Shown piece by piece: positions 27,677 through 37,812 of a stretch of DNA of 64,000 nucleotides (position 1 is the first letter of the stretch; each line of letters opens with the position of its first letter). A program made the position numbers and the translations under genes. The notes beneath the pieces were generated by a model, which made no database searches, was not told the origin of the DNA, and was given only the letters and a program-made list of their open reading frames with translations. The DNA comes from Flavobacteriales bacterium (GTDB lineage Bacteria; Bacteroidota; Bacteroidia; Flavobacteriales; Flavobacteriaceae), in assembly GCA_017302935.1 (NCBI GenBank), contig JAFLBT010000001.1, positions 15,429-79,428 on the forward strand, given 5' to 3'.

Positions 27677-28189
27677 TTATTCTTGTTCTTTTCCAATTTC
27701 GTCAATGGCATCATATGATTCCAAAGCTTGATTATATCTTTTAACATCTACCACAACCGTTTTGGCTATTGAATCATGCCATCCTTTAGGTTTATCAGCT
27801 AAAAAGGAAAACTGTTCAAATGGAATCAATCGTGAAACTGAACGAATAAATACCGCATGAGTGGTTGGCTCTGAACCATCTTCCATCAATACTTTTGTGT
27901 TGGTTGCTAATTTCCCTAATGATCTTCCGGTTAAGGATTCAAAAGTGAAATAATATAAAACTACAATCAAATATCCAATTAAAAAATCAACCACCGGATT
28001 AATATCATCTAACCAAAAAGAAAGGTCATAATGTCCGAAAAACTCACTCATAATAAAGGCAATCATTAATGGAATAACACCAATAATGTTATGGGCAAAC
28101 ATATCGATTAAATAATTACCAAATCGTTGCCCTTGTGAGGCTAACATTTCATTGGTGATAGGAATGGTTTTAGGCTTAGAAAGATTCAT
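27677..28189 (-). CDS. RDD family membrane protein
   Basis: RFGNYLID, GRSLGK, R...HDSIAKT. Confidence 0.88.
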   Translation of the reverse strand: MNLSKPKTIPITNEMLASQGQRFGNYLIDMFAHNIIGVIPLMIAFIMSEFFGHYDLSFWLDDINPVVDFLIGYLIVVLYYFTFESLTGRSLGKLATNTKVLMEDGSEPTTHAVFIRSVSRLIPFEQFSFLADKPKGWHDSIAKTVVVDVKRYNQALESYDAIDEIGKEQE

Positions 28190-28192
28190 GAA

Positions 28193-28423
28193 TTAAGTTG
28201 CTTTTTTGTCGTTTGCCAAGAAGAAATGCTTGGATTTTTTTGGATATTGATTATAACTAATATCACTTGGATTTTCGATAACCGATTTGATGTTGACTAC
28301 ATCGCCAAGCTTAAAATTTGCTGCAGTATATTTATAATCCAACAAATATTCACCACAGAAATAATTTCCTTTTTCATCTTTTTCAATTACTCCGGTGTAA
28401 ATTCCTTTTTTTTCTTTTGACAT
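28193..28423 (-). CDS. Small hypothetical protein (76 aa)
   Basis: Start re-set to MSKEKKGIYTGVIEKD. The longer ORF overlaps nrdA. Confidence 0.65.
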   Translation of the reverse strand: MSKEKKGIYTGVIEKDEKGNYFCGEYLLDYKYTAANFKLGDVVNIKSVIENPSDISYNQYPKKSKHFFLANDKKAT

Positions 28424-28523
28424 GATTTTGATGTTATTTTTCAAATGTACGAATTGGAATTGAAATAAAACAGAACAGCTCCTCACAAAATGAAGAGCTG
28501 TTTTTTGATTAAATTGAGGTTTT

Positions 28524-30956
28524 TTACGATCCACACATCTCACAATCTTCCGGTCCTGAATTTCGAGCTCGTTCAATCATGGCTCTGTATTCTTCTTGTG
28601 ACATTTCAACAGGTTCGTTAACCACCGCAATGGTTTCCAATTTCTGTGGCGAAGGTTGCTCAATAATTTGAACCGGCTCTGCTTTTTTATCATTATTTAA
28701 GGTAAACTTGATGGCATCTACTGCCGATTTGGTTCTCAAATAATACATACCCGTTTTTAATCCGGATTGCCAAGCATAGAAATGCATCGACGTTAATTTA
28801 GCATAAGTTGCACCTTCCATAAACAAGTTCAACGATTGTGATTGGTCAATAAAATAACCGCGTTGACGAGACATATCGATAATGTCTTTCATGCTCATTT
28901 CCCAAACCGTTTTATACAACTCTTTTATGTCTTGTGGAATAGCATCAATATTTTGAACCGAACCGTTGTGTCGCATGATTTCTTGCTTCAACGTCTCGTT
29001 CCATAAACCTAATTTTACCAAATCTTCCAACAAATGTTTATTCACAACGATAAACTCACCTGATAAAACTCTTCGTGTATAGATATTAGAAGTATAAGGT
29101 TCAAACGCTTCGTTGTTTCCAAGAATTTGAGAAGTGGAAGCCGTTGGCATTGGAGCCACAAGCAATGAATTTCTCACCCCGTGTTCTACTACTTCTTTTC
29201 TCAAACTTTCCCAATCCCATCTTCCGGATAGATCGCTGTCTTTTAATCCCCACAAATTGTATTGGAATTCTCCTTGAGAAATAGGTGACCCTTTGAAAGT
29301 TGAATACGGCCCTTCTTCTTTAGCCATTTCCATAGAAGCGGTTACGGCTGCAAAATATAAGGTTTCAAAAATTTCCTGGTTCAATTGTTTAGCCTCATCA
29401 CTTGTAAAAGGCAAACGCATCAAAATGAATGCATCGGCTAAACCTTGTACACCCAATCCAATGGGTCGGTGACGCATATTGGAATTCTCCGCTTCAGGAA
29501 CCGGATAATAATTTCTGTCAATTACGCGATTCAAGTTGCGTGTTACACGTTTTGTTACATCATATAATTTTTGGTGGTCAAATTTTCCATTTTCAACAAA
29601 CATGGGTAGCGAAATAGAAGCCAAATTACACACAGCAATTTCATCTGCTGATGTATATTCTAAAATTTCGGTACACAAGTTGGAAGAACGAATCGTTCCT
29701 AAGTTTTTCTGATTCGATTTTCGATTTGCGGCATCTTTATAAAGCATGTATGGTGTTCCGGTTTCAATTTGTGATTCCAGAATTTTTTCCCATAACTCAC
29801 GTGCTTTGATGGTTTTTCTGCCTTTTCCGGCTACTTCATACGAAGTATATAACGCTTCAAATTCGTCACCATATACATCGCACAACCCCGGACATTCATT
29901 CGGACACATTAAGGTCCAAGTAGAATCTTCCTGTACCCGTTTCATGAACAAATCGGAAGTCCACATGGCAAAGAATAAATCTCTGGCACGCATTTCTTCT
30001 TTTCCATGGTTTTTCTTCAAATCCAAAAATTCAAAAATATCAGAATGCCAGGTTTCTAAATAAATAGCAAAACTTCCTTTGCGTTTTCCGCCACCTTGAT
30101 CTACGTAACGAGCAGTATCGTTAAATACTCGTAACATCGGAACAATTCCGTTTGATGTTCCGTTTGTGCCACGAATATATGAACCTGTTGCACGCACATT
30201 ATGAATTGAAAGTCCAATACCACCGGCAGATTGCGAAATTTTCGCGGTTTGTTTTAACGTATCGTAAATTCCGTCAATACTGTCATCTTTCATGGTCAAC
30301 AAGAAACATGATGACATTTGCGGTTTTGGTGTTCCGGCATTGAATAAAGTGGGTGTAGCGTGCGTGAAGAATTTTTTCGACATCAATTCATACGTTTCTT
30401 TCACGGCTTCAATGTCATTTAAATGAATACCAACCGAAACACGCATTAACATGTGTTGCGGACGCTCCACAATTTTTCCGTTTATTTTTAATAAATACGA
30501 ACGTTCTAGTGTTTTAAAACCAAAATAGTCATAATTAAAATCACGGTTGTAAATAATCATAGAGTCCAATACTTCTGCATTGTTTTTGATTACTTCATAT
30601 ACCTCATCTGAAATCAAAGGAGCTTTTTGACCCGTACGTGGATTGACATACAAGTACATATCAGTCATGGTTTCAGAAAATGATTTTTTGGTATTTTTAT
30701 GTAGATTCGATACCGCAATACGTGCGGCCAACTGGGCATAATCAGGATGTGTTACCGTCATGGAAGCAGCGGTTTCTGCGGCTAAATTATCCAATTCAGA
30801 AGTGGTTACACCGTCATATAAACCTTCAATTACTCGCATGGCTACCTTTACGGCATCCACTAAATCATTCAATCCGTAGCAGAGTTTTTTAATTCTGTCG
30901 GTGATTTTGTCAAACATTACCGGTTCTTTGTGCCCGTCTCTTTTTACTACATACAT
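28524..30956 (-). CDS. nrdA: Ribonucleotide reductase class Ia alpha subunit with ATP cone
   Basis: ATP cone [31 protein letters not shown]-terminal CEMCGS. Confidence 0.97.
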   Translation of the reverse strand: MYVVKRDGHKEPVMFDKITDRIKKLCYGLNDLVDAVKVAMRVIEGLYDGVTTSELDNLAAETAASMTVTHPDYAQLAARIAVSNLHKNTKKSFSETMTDMYLYVNPRTGQKAPLISDEVYEVIKNNAEVLDSMIIYNRDFNYDYFGFKTLERSYLLKINGKIVERPQHMLMRVSVGIHLNDIEAVKETYELMSKKFFTHATPTLFNAGTPKPQMSSCFLLTMKDDSIDGIYDTLKQTAKISQSAGGIGLSIHNVRATGSYIRGTNGTSNGIVPMLRVFNDTARYVDQGGGKRKGSFAIYLETWHSDIFEFLDLKKNHGKEEMRARDLFFAMWTSDLFMKRVQEDSTWTLMCPNECPGLCDVYGDEFEALYTSYEVAGKGRKTIKARELWEKILESQIETGTPYMLYKDAANRKSNQKNLGTIRSSNLCTEILEYTSADEIAVCNLASISLPMFVENGKFDHQKLYDVTKRVTRNLNRVIDRNYYPVPEAENSNMRHRPIGLGVQGLADAFILMRLPFTSDEAKQLNQEIFETLYFAAVTASMEMAKEEGPYSTFKGSPISQGEFQYNLWGLKDSDLSGRWDWESLRKEVVEHGVRNSLLVAPMPTASTSQILGNNEAFEPYTSNIYTRRVLSGEFIVVNKHLLEDLVKLGLWNETLKQEIMRHNGSVQNIDAIPQDIKELYKTVWEMSMKDIIDMSRQRGYFIDQSQSLNLFMEGATYAKLTSMHFYAWQSGLKTGMYYLRTKSAVDAIKFTLNNDKKAEPVQIIEQPSPQKLETIAVVNEPVEMSQEEYRAMIERARNSGPEDCEMCGS

Positions 30957-31040
30957 ACGCTTTAGTTTTTTGTAAAACAGAAAATCCCTTTTGCTGTTTT
31001 GGTTATTTGTAAATTGGTTTTTGGGAAACTACTCCCTGAG

Positions 31041-31069
31041 CCCATCGAGGGTTTGAAACCCTCGATGGG
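31041..31069. repeat. Perfect 14-bp inverted repeat between nrdB and nrdA
   Basis: CCCATCGAGGGTTT-G-AAACCCTCGATGGG. Confidence 0.8.
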
Positions 31070-31076
31070 TTATTGA

Positions 31077-32054
31077 TTAAAAATCAGCATCAAAACTAAT
31101 TTTTTGAGCTTCTGAATCGTTGTTCATTACCCCGGCTTTTTGGTATTCTGCCACTCTCTTTTCAAAGAAATTGGTTTTTCCTTGCAGCGAAATCATGTCC
31201 ATAAAGTCGAACGGATTGGAAGAATTATAAACTCTTTCACATCCTAATTCAACCAACAAACGGTCGGCAACAAATTCAAGATATTGGGTCATCAGGGTGG
31301 AATTCATACCAATCAAACTTGCAGGAAGTGATTCGGTAATGAACTCTCTTTCAATGTTTAAAGCATCCGTAATAATTTCGGTAATTCTCGTTTTTGAAAC
31401 TTTATTAACCAAATGGTGATTGTGTAAATGCACAGCAAAATCACAATGCACTCCTTCGTCTCGCGAAATCAATTCGTTTGAAAAGGTTAATCCCGGCATT
31501 AAACCTCTCTTTTTCAACCAGAAAATCGAACAAAACGCACCTGAAAAGAAAATTCCTTCTACTGCTGCAAAAGCAATTAATCGTTCTGCAAATGAATCTG
31601 ATTTTATCCATCGCAAAGCCCAGTTCGCTTTCTTTTGAATAGCCGGAAATACCTCAATAGCGTGAAACAAAATGTTTTTTTCTTTTTCGTCTTTTACATA
31701 CGTATCAATCAATAACGAATAAGTTTCACTATGAATGTTTTCCATCATAATTTGAAAACCATAGAAAAATTTTGCCTCCGGATATTGTACTTCATTTACA
31801 AAATTTTCAGCTAGATTTTCATTTACAATACCATCAGATGCCGCGAAAAAAGCTAAAATGTGCTTAATAAAATACTTTTCATCATCATTCAATTTGGTAT
31901 TCCAATCGGTTAAATCTTGGTGTAAATCAATTTCTTCTGCGGTCCAGAAACTAGCTTCCATTTTTTTGTACCATTCCCATATATCGTGGTGTTTAATTGG
32001 GAAAATTACAAATCTGTCTTTATTTTCTTGCAAAATTGGTTCTACTGCTGCCAT
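31077..32054 (-). CDS. nrdB: Ribonucleotide reductase class Ia beta subunit
   Basis: [16 protein letters not shown] (radical Tyr), [21 protein letters not shown]. Confidence 0.97.
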   Translation of the reverse strand: MAAVEPILQENKDRFVIFPIKHHDIWEWYKKMEASFWTAEEIDLHQDLTDWNTKLNDDEKYFIKHILAFFAASDGIVNENLAENFVNEVQYPEAKFFYGFQIMMENIHSETYSLLIDTYVKDEKEKNILFHAIEVFPAIQKKANWALRWIKSDSFAERLIAFAAVEGIFFSGAFCSIFWLKKRGLMPGLTFSNELISRDEGVHCDFAVHLHNHHLVNKVSKTRITEIITDALNIEREFITESLPASLIGMNSTLMTQYLEFVADRLLVELGCERVYNSSNPFDFMDMISLQGKTNFFEKRVAEYQKAGVMNNDSEAQKISFDADF

Positions 32055-32313
32055 CTTTTTCGATTTTGGTTTTATTGAGGGTTAAAATTTTTGCGTTTTG
32101 CGAGTTACAAAGATTGCAATTCAAAATGGTAAATGAAAGTCAAACTTATTCACAATCGGGCTTAGTTTTTAACAACCAATGAGGAATTTCTTACTTGAAA
32201 AATAGAAATGTAAAAAACTACATATCAACTACTTAAAAACCTATTTACTAGCTGTTACAACGGAAAACGAAATTATTTTAAGAAATAATTAAGCAGGAAA
32301 GTAAGTAAAAATA

Positions 32314-32886
32314 TCAATCTTTTTTATGGTATTCTTCACCCACTTTTTCAAGTTCTTGGTACCAATCTTCGCCAAATTTTCGAATCAGAGCTTCTTTTAC
32401 GAATTTATACACCGGAACTTCCAATTCTTTACCTAACGAACAGGCCGGACTACAAATATCCCAACGGTGATAATTGACTGCAGCAAAATCGGAAAAGTCT
32501 TTTACGCGAATAGGATACAAATGACAAGAAACCGGTTTTTTCCAGGAAATGATGCCTTGGTTATACGCTTGTTCGATACCACACAAAGCTGTTTTGCCGT
32601 CAAAGATTACATACGCACAATCTTTACCGTCAATTAAAGGTGTTTCTAATTCGCCATCCCATCCGGTAATCCAGGCACCTTGAGCCTCAATGGCTTCAAT
32701 TCCCTCTTTGCGTAAAAAAGGTTTTACTTTCGGAAATATTTCTTCTAAAATTTGAGTTTCTTCCTTAGTTAAAGGAGCTCCGGCATCACCATCCACACAA
32801 CATGCTCCATGACAAGCAGTGAGATTACAAACGAATTCTTTTTCCAGAATTTCTTCTGATACGATGGTTTTTCCTAATTGAAACAT
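32314..32886 (-). CDS. DUF3109 family Cys-rich protein
   Basis: MFQLGK start, CNLTACHGACCVDGDAGAPL, KP.SCHLYP, C..AC.LG. Confidence 0.85.
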   Translation of the reverse strand: MFQLGKTIVSEEILEKEFVCNLTACHGACCVDGDAGAPLTKEETQILEEIFPKVKPFLRKEGIEAIEAQGAWITGWDGELETPLIDGKDCAYVIFDGKTALCGIEQAYNQGIISWKKPVSCHLYPIRVKDFSDFAAVNYHRWDICSPACSLGKELEVPVYKFVKEALIRKFGEDWYQELEKVGEEYHKKD

Positions 32887-33001
32887 GTTAAGGATGCAAG
32901 GTTTAAAGGCACAAAGGTACAAAGGTTTCCGATAAACTGATTGTTATAATTTATCGTATTTCATGGAAAAGCCATATTAAAACTTTAATTTTGCCAAAAA
33001 T

Positions 33002-33586
33002 TTGAACGATATGGAAATTGATTTGAGAGAAATTTTTACCGCTACCATGGTGCTTTTTGCAGTAATTGATATTGTAGGTAGCATTCCTATTATTATTGAT
33101 TTGAGGCAAAAAGTGGGTCATATTCAATCTGAAAAAGCGTCAATCGTTGCGGCTTGCATCATGATTGCTTTTTTATTTGTGGGAGAAACCATTTTAAGTT
33201 TAATTGGAATTGATATAAATTCATTTGCCGTTGCAGGTTCATTTGTGCTTTTCTTTTTGGCTTTGGAAATGATTTTAGGCATTCGTTTATATCGTGATGA
33301 AAATCACGGGTCTGCTTCCATTGTTCCGATTGCCTTTCCGCTGATTGCCGGTGCCGGAACTATGACTACAATTCTTTCCATTAGAGCTGAATTTCAAACG
33401 ATTAATATTATCATTGCAATAATATTGAACATTATTTTAGTGTATGGTGTATTAAAATCTTCTGCCAAAATTGAACGATTCTTAACCAAAAACGGATTAA
33501 GTGTAATTAGAAAAGTATTTGGGGTCGTATTATTGGCTATTGCTGTTAAATTATTTGCAGCTAATGTTAAAGGTCTTTTTGCTTAA
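33002..33586 (+). CDS. MarC family membrane protein
   Basis: Six hydrophobic segments, PIAFPLIAGAG, R..G..LLAIAV. Confidence 0.9.
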   Translation: MNDMEIDLREIFTATMVLFAVIDIVGSIPIIIDLRQKVGHIQSEKASIVAACIMIAFLFVGETILSLIGIDINSFAVAGSFVLFFLALEMILGIRLYRDENHGSASIVPIAFPLIAGAGTMTTILSIRAEFQTINIIIAIILNIILVYGVLKSSAKIERFLTKNGLSVIRKVFGVVLLAIAVKLFAANVKGLFA

Positions 33587-33624
33587 GCCGATAAAACATA
33601 CCTTTGTACCATTACTTTATTAGC

Positions 33625-33825
33625 ATGAAAATTTTTACTTACATTGTTATTGCTTTAGCTATTGGATTGGTGATTTTCAACGTAACGCAGTTGGACTTTT
33701 CTAACCTTTTTGGGCATGACAGTATGATTGCTTTGATTGGAATTGTGGCTGCCTTCTGTGCCATTTTGATTTTATTGATATTTCGAATGTCAAAATCCAT
33801 CGAAGACAAATTGAAAGATCAATAA
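33625..33825 (+). CDS. Small two-TM hypothetical protein
   Basis: MKIFTYIVIALAIGL, two hydrophobic helices, tight spacing in the operon. Confidence 0.7.
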   Translation: MKIFTYIVIALAIGLVIFNVTQLDFSNLFGHDSMIALIGIVAAFCAILILLIFRMSKSIEDKLKDQ

Positions 33826-33827
33826 AG

Positions 33828-34436
33828 ATGTTGGATGTCCTCATTATTGGCGGTGGTGTTTCGGGCGTTTCTTGTGCTCTTATTCTTGGCTCTGCTCATT
33901 CTAAACCATTTGCATCTGATAAAAAAATCGCACTACTTTCTCACCAAAAAGCTTCTTCACTTCAAGATGCTTTGTTTAATAATGCATACGGTATTGAAGC
34001 CGGAAAATTGGGTAGTGAGTTATTAACTGAAAGTTTAGCTCATTTAACTTCGGTTTATCCACATATTCAACAAATTCCAAACGAAAAAGTCTTGAAAATT
34101 GAAGGTAAAAACGGGAATTTTTCGGTTACAACCAACAAAAATGTTTATTACACAAAATTAGTTGTGATTGGCATTGGAGCAGGAAATCCTTTTACGATTG
34201 AAGGTTTAGAAGAATTTGTGATGCCGCACCAAAAAGTCAATCCGGAGAAAAACCGCATTCAATTAAGGAATCACGACCACTTGGTAAAAGACGGTATTTA
34301 CGTTTGTGGTGTTTTGGCCGGATGGCGAAGTCAACTCTCAATTGCCTCCGGAAGTGGTGCTGCTGTTGCGACAGATATTTTAACGTTGTGGAATGGTGGT
34401 GTGCACGTTCAGGTGCATGATAGTATAAAGAAATAG
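33828..34436 (+). CDS. FAD-dependent pyridine nucleotide-disulphide oxidoreductase-like protein
   Basis: DVLIIGGGVSG Rossmann motif, GIYVCG, SQ..IA.GSG. Confidence 0.85.
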   Translation: MLDVLIIGGGVSGVSCALILGSAHSKPFASDKKIALLSHQKASSLQDALFNNAYGIEAGKLGSELLTESLAHLTSVYPHIQQIPNEKVLKIEGKNGNFSVTTNKNVYYTKLVVIGIGAGNPFTIEGLEEFVMPHQKVNPEKNRIQLRNHDHLVKDGIYVCGVLAGWRSQLSIASGSGAAVATDILTLWNGGVHVQVHDSIKK

Positions 34437-34477
34437 TTGTCGGTTGTCAGTTGTCTGAAAATCAGAACCAGAAACTA
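34434..34477. repeat. Heptamer array at the stop codon (CGGTTGT family)
   Basis: TAGTTGT CGGTTGT CAGTTGT CTGAAAA followed by CAGAAC CAGAAACT. Confidence 0.65.
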
Positions 34478-34482
34478 AAAAA

Positions 34483-36051
34483 TTACTTCTTCAATACCTC
34501 CTGAATCATCAAATCGTTTTTCAATTTTAGCTCAAACGCTTTTTCTTCATCAAAAAGTTGACGAATAAATTCGGCTAACAAATAATTATTGGCCATTTCG
34601 CGATTGTTTTTTAACTCAATTGAAACGCCACTTTGATGAAGATAAGCAGTGAATTTATCCAGATATTTATTTTCGCCAAACTTCTTTTTCATGGTTTCTA
34701 GCGTAAGTCCTTCAAACTGTTTTCTGTTTTTTTCCAGTTGCTCAAATACAAAGTAGCTCACAATTCCGGATTGCATAAGCATTTCGGTGGCTTCATCGCC
34801 ATGTTTCCCGTTTAAGGGGACAAAAACATCCGGAATGATTCCGCCGCCACCAAAAACCGTTCTGCCTTTTAGAGTTTTAAATTTTAGACTATCAGCTACT
34901 TTGATGCTATCTTTTTCGTATAATTCGCCGCTGTAAAAACGTTTTTCAAACTCATTAAAATACATTTCATTTCCTTCAACGTAGGGTTTTTGAATCGAAC
35001 GACCGGATGGCGTATAATAACGTGCCACCGTTAATCGAACAGCAGAACCATCGCCTAGAGGCATTTCACGCTGTACTAATCCTTTTCCAAAGGAACGTCG
35101 ACCGATAATTAACCCTCTATCATTGTCTTGAATGGCTCCGGCTAAAATTTCGGAAGCGGATGCCGAATTTTCGTTAATCAAAACGATTACTTCCCCATTT
35201 TCAAAAAGTCCGTTCTTAGTTGCTAGGGTTTTATCTACTTTTCCTCTTTTGTTTTTGGTAGAAACTATCGGAGCGTTTTCAACCAAAAAATCATCCACAA
35301 TTTTTACAGCTTGATCTAAGTATCCTCCGCCATTATCACGAACATCTAACACAATGGTTTGTGCACCTTGTTTTTTTAACTTTAAAAGTCCGTTTTTAAA
35401 TTCTTTATACGTTGACTCCGCAAATCGATTGATTTTTATGTATCCAATACGCTCGTTTAACATCAAAGCAACATCAACACTTTTAATGGGAATAACGTCT
35501 CGTTTAAGCTTTACTTTTAATTTTTTATTTACGCTTTTGCGATAAACGGTCAATTCCACTTCTGACCCAATTTTTCCCTTCAAACGAGGAAAAAGCGAAT
35601 CATTGGGTAATTTTTTTCCAAATAGTTGATAGTTATCAGCAAATAAAATGCGATCACCTGCCTTAATTCCGGCTTTTTCAGAAGGCCCTCCCGGTAAGGG
35701 TTTAATGACGGCTACTGAATCATTGTACATATAAAAATTGACTCCAATTCCAACAAAATCTCCCCGCATGGATTCCGCCACTTGATCAATTTCGTTTTTT
35801 GCAATATAAACCGAGTGAGGATCTAATTTTTCTAAAATACCATTGACCGTTAAATCAACTATGCTATCCGTATTGATTTGATCAACATAATTCTGTTCAA
35901 TTAAATTGATAAGCCGATTGAGCTTGTTTTTATGATTATTGACAGACCCGGAAACGTCCTGAGAAAAATAATTTAATTTACCGCCAATAAGAACGCCTAG
36001 CCCCAAAATGGAGAAAAAAACAATTGGCCAATATATTTTCTTTATTTTCAA
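34483..36051 (-). CDS. S41 family C-terminal processing peptidase
   Basis: LDPHS, PDZ domain, DVRDNGGG, ENSASASEI, SFGKG.VQ. Confidence 0.95.
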   Translation of the reverse strand: MKIKKIYWPIVFFSILGLGVLIGGKLNYFSQDVSGSVNNHKNKLNRLINLIEQNYVDQINTDSIVDLTVNGILEKLDPHSVYIAKNEIDQVAESMRGDFVGIGVNFYMYNDSVAVIKPLPGGPSEKAGIKAGDRILFADNYQLFGKKLPNDSLFPRLKGKIGSEVELTVYRKSVNKKLKVKLKRDVIPIKSVDVALMLNERIGYIKINRFAESTYKEFKNGLLKLKKQGAQTIVLDVRDNGGGYLDQAVKIVDDFLVENAPIVSTKNKRGKVDKTLATKNGLFENGEVIVLINENSASASEILAGAIQDNDRGLIIGRRSFGKGLVQREMPLGDGSAVRLTVARYYTPSGRSIQKPYVEGNEMYFNEFEKRFYSGELYEKDSIKVADSLKFKTLKGRTVFGGGGIIPDVFVPLNGKHGDEATEMLMQSGIVSYFVFEQLEKNRKQFEGLTLETMKKKFGENKYLDKFTAYLHQSGVSIELKNNREMANNYLLAEFIRQLFDEEKAFELKLKNDLMIQEVLKK

Positions 36052-36066
36052 TTTTTGATAAAATGA

Positions 36067-36495
36067 CTATTCCAAATCAGTAATCAATTCTATTTCAACT
36101 CCTGCTTTTTCAAGAAATTGAATACCGCTATCATCTTTGTAACCTTCGTGATAAACCACTCTTTTGATACCGGATTGATGAATTAATTTGCTACATTCTT
36201 TACAAGGCGATAAAGTAATGTATAATGTAGCTCCTTCACACGATTGCGTGGACCCGGCTACTTTTAAAATAGCATTCGCCTCAGCATGCAACACATACCA
36301 TTTGGTGAGGTTGTTTTCATCTTCACAACAATTCTCAAAACCGGAAGGTGTTCCGTTGTATCCGTCTGAAATAATCATGCGGTCTTTCACAATAATGGCA
36401 CCAACTTGCTTTCGTTTACAATACGATAAACGGCTCCATTCTTTTGCAATTCGGAGATAGGCTTTGTCGTATTTATTTAATTTTTTCTTGTTCAT
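36067..36495 (-). CDS. dCMP deaminase family protein (ComEB-like)
   Basis: GYNGTPSG, HAEANAI, SPCKEC. Confidence 0.92.
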   Translation of the reverse strand: MNKKKLNKYDKAYLRIAKEWSRLSYCKRKQVGAIIVKDRMIISDGYNGTPSGFENCCEDENNLTKWYVLHAEANAILKVAGSTQSCEGATLYITLSPCKECSKLIHQSGIKRVVYHEGYKDDSGIQFLEKAGVEIELITDLE

Positions 36496-36504
36496 GAGGG
36501 TTCA

Positions 36505-37098
36505 TTAATTTGTCCAAATATCGCTTTCAATAATCATTGGAAGTACTACTCCAATTACAAAAGCTGACATAACCAAAGTCCAATCTCTTTTTGAAAATCG
36601 GAAAAACGTTTGAACAATATACGACAAAAGTAAAACAATTAAGACTACAATTATTTGAGCCGCTTCAATACCGAGTGCAAATTCTAAAAGTGGTAATAAT
36701 TTATCCACTTTTTCACCGGGTAAAATGGACTTGAAATAGTTTGAAAAACCTAATCCATGAACAATTCCAAAAAACAGAGTAACGAAAGCAACAAACGTGA
36801 TACTTTCTTTTTTACCTGATTTTCCGGCCGTAAAAAGATGAAAAAGTGCGGTAATTAAAATGGTAATGGGTATAAGAAATTCAACCAAACTCGCTTTGAT
36901 AATGATGACTTCAAACACAGCAAGCATCAAAGCCAACGTATGACCTAGTGTAAAAAGCGAAACTAAAATCAGCACACGTTTCCAGTCTTTAAAAGCATAA
37001 GGAACCGTTAGAGCGATAAGAAAAAGCACATGATCGTAGCCCTCAATATCTAGGACGTGTTGAAGACCAATGTTAAAGTATAACCAGAATTCTGACAT
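36505..37098 (-). CDS. HupE/UreJ family membrane protein
   Basis: GYDHVLF, FTLGHTL, FG.VHGLGF, F.LGIE..Q. Confidence 0.88.
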   Translation of the reverse strand: MSEFWLYFNIGLQHVLDIEGYDHVLFLIALTVPYAFKDWKRVLILVSLFTLGHTLALMLAVFEVIIIKASLVEFLIPITILITALFHLFTAGKSGKKESITFVAFVTLFFGIVHGLGFSNYFKSILPGEKVDKLLPLLEFALGIEAAQIIVVLIVLLLSYIVQTFFRFSKRDWTLVMSAFVIGVVLPMIIESDIWTN

Positions 37099-37243
37099 AG
37101 ATTAATAGATTTTAAACTTAGGGTGTTCAAACTTACGATTTATTTTGAAACAGTTGAATCTGAAACCACTAAAATGATGTTAAAGAATAGTAATTTTTGA
37201 AAAGAATTTTTGCGGATTTCTTAAAAAAAATTGGAAATAGAAT

Positions 37244-37251
37244 TATATTTG
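37244..37251 (+). promoter_or_regulatory. -7 promoter element
   Basis: TATATTTG, 22 nt upstream of the TerB-family start. Confidence 0.55.
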
Positions 37252-37273
37252 CACAACTATTTAAAACAAACTT

Positions 37274-37705
37274 ATGTCAATTTCAGATTTATTTGATAGC
37301 GGATTTAAAAACAGAAATAAAGGTCACTTTTCAGCGATTGTTCGTGTGGCATTAAGCGATGGAGACATCACTGTTGAAGAACGTGAATTCATTGATAAAC
37401 TTGCTAAAAATTTAGAAATTTCAGCCGATGAATATGAGGAAATCATGGAAAACCCTATGAAGTATCCAATTAATCCTCCTTATTTATACATTCACCGTTT
37501 GGAACGCTTATATGATTTGGCTCGTATGGTTTATGCAGATCACGTTTTAGGACCAAAACAAAAAGAAATCTTAACCAAATTTGCCTTGGCTTTAGGTTTT
37601 ACACCCGGGAATGTGAATTACATTGTAGATAAAGCCCTTTCGCTTTTGATTCTAAATGTTGATTTAGACACCTTCTTATTTGAAATGCAACACATGAATA
37701 AATAA
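37274..37705 (+). CDS. TerB family (tellurite-resistance-like) protein
   Basis: VALSDG.I..EE..FI..LA..L, MVYADH. Confidence 0.85.
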   Translation: MSISDLFDSGFKNRNKGHFSAIVRVALSDGDITVEEREFIDKLAKNLEISADEYEEIMENPMKYPINPPYLYIHRLERLYDLARMVYADHVLGPKQKEILTKFALALGFTPGNVNYIVDKALSLLILNVDLDTFLFEMQHMNK

Positions 37706-37713
37706 AAAAAAAG

Positions 37714-37739
37714 AAGCCCTGAGAAATCGGGGCTTTTTT
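37714..37739. terminator. Intrinsic terminator
   Basis: AAGCCCTGA-GAAA-TCGGGGCTT followed by Ts. Confidence 0.75.
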
Positions 37740-37743
37740 GTCA

Positions 37744-37779
37744 CCTCACCCCCAACCCCCTCTCCAAAGGAGAGGGGAG
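37744..37779 (+). repeat. REP-like GC-rich palindromic element
   Basis: CCTCACCCCCAACCCCCTCTCC-AAA-GGAGAGGGGAG. Confidence 0.7.
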
Positions 37780-37812
37780 CGGAACTGAAATACTAAGCTT
37801 TTTTAAATTAAT

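Noticed and set aside
28424-28576. Extension of the small ORF to 127 aa
   Set aside because: It overlaps the nrdA 3' end and a hairpin. MSKEKK at 28423 is the more plausible start.
26328-36495. dGTPase plus dCMP deaminase as an anti-phage defence island
   Set aside because: Both sit among core genes with host-like composition, and no other defence or mobility genes are nearby.
37274-37705. Tellurite-resistance (ter) operon
   Set aside because: A solitary TerB-family gene with its own promoter and terminator; no terC/D/Z.
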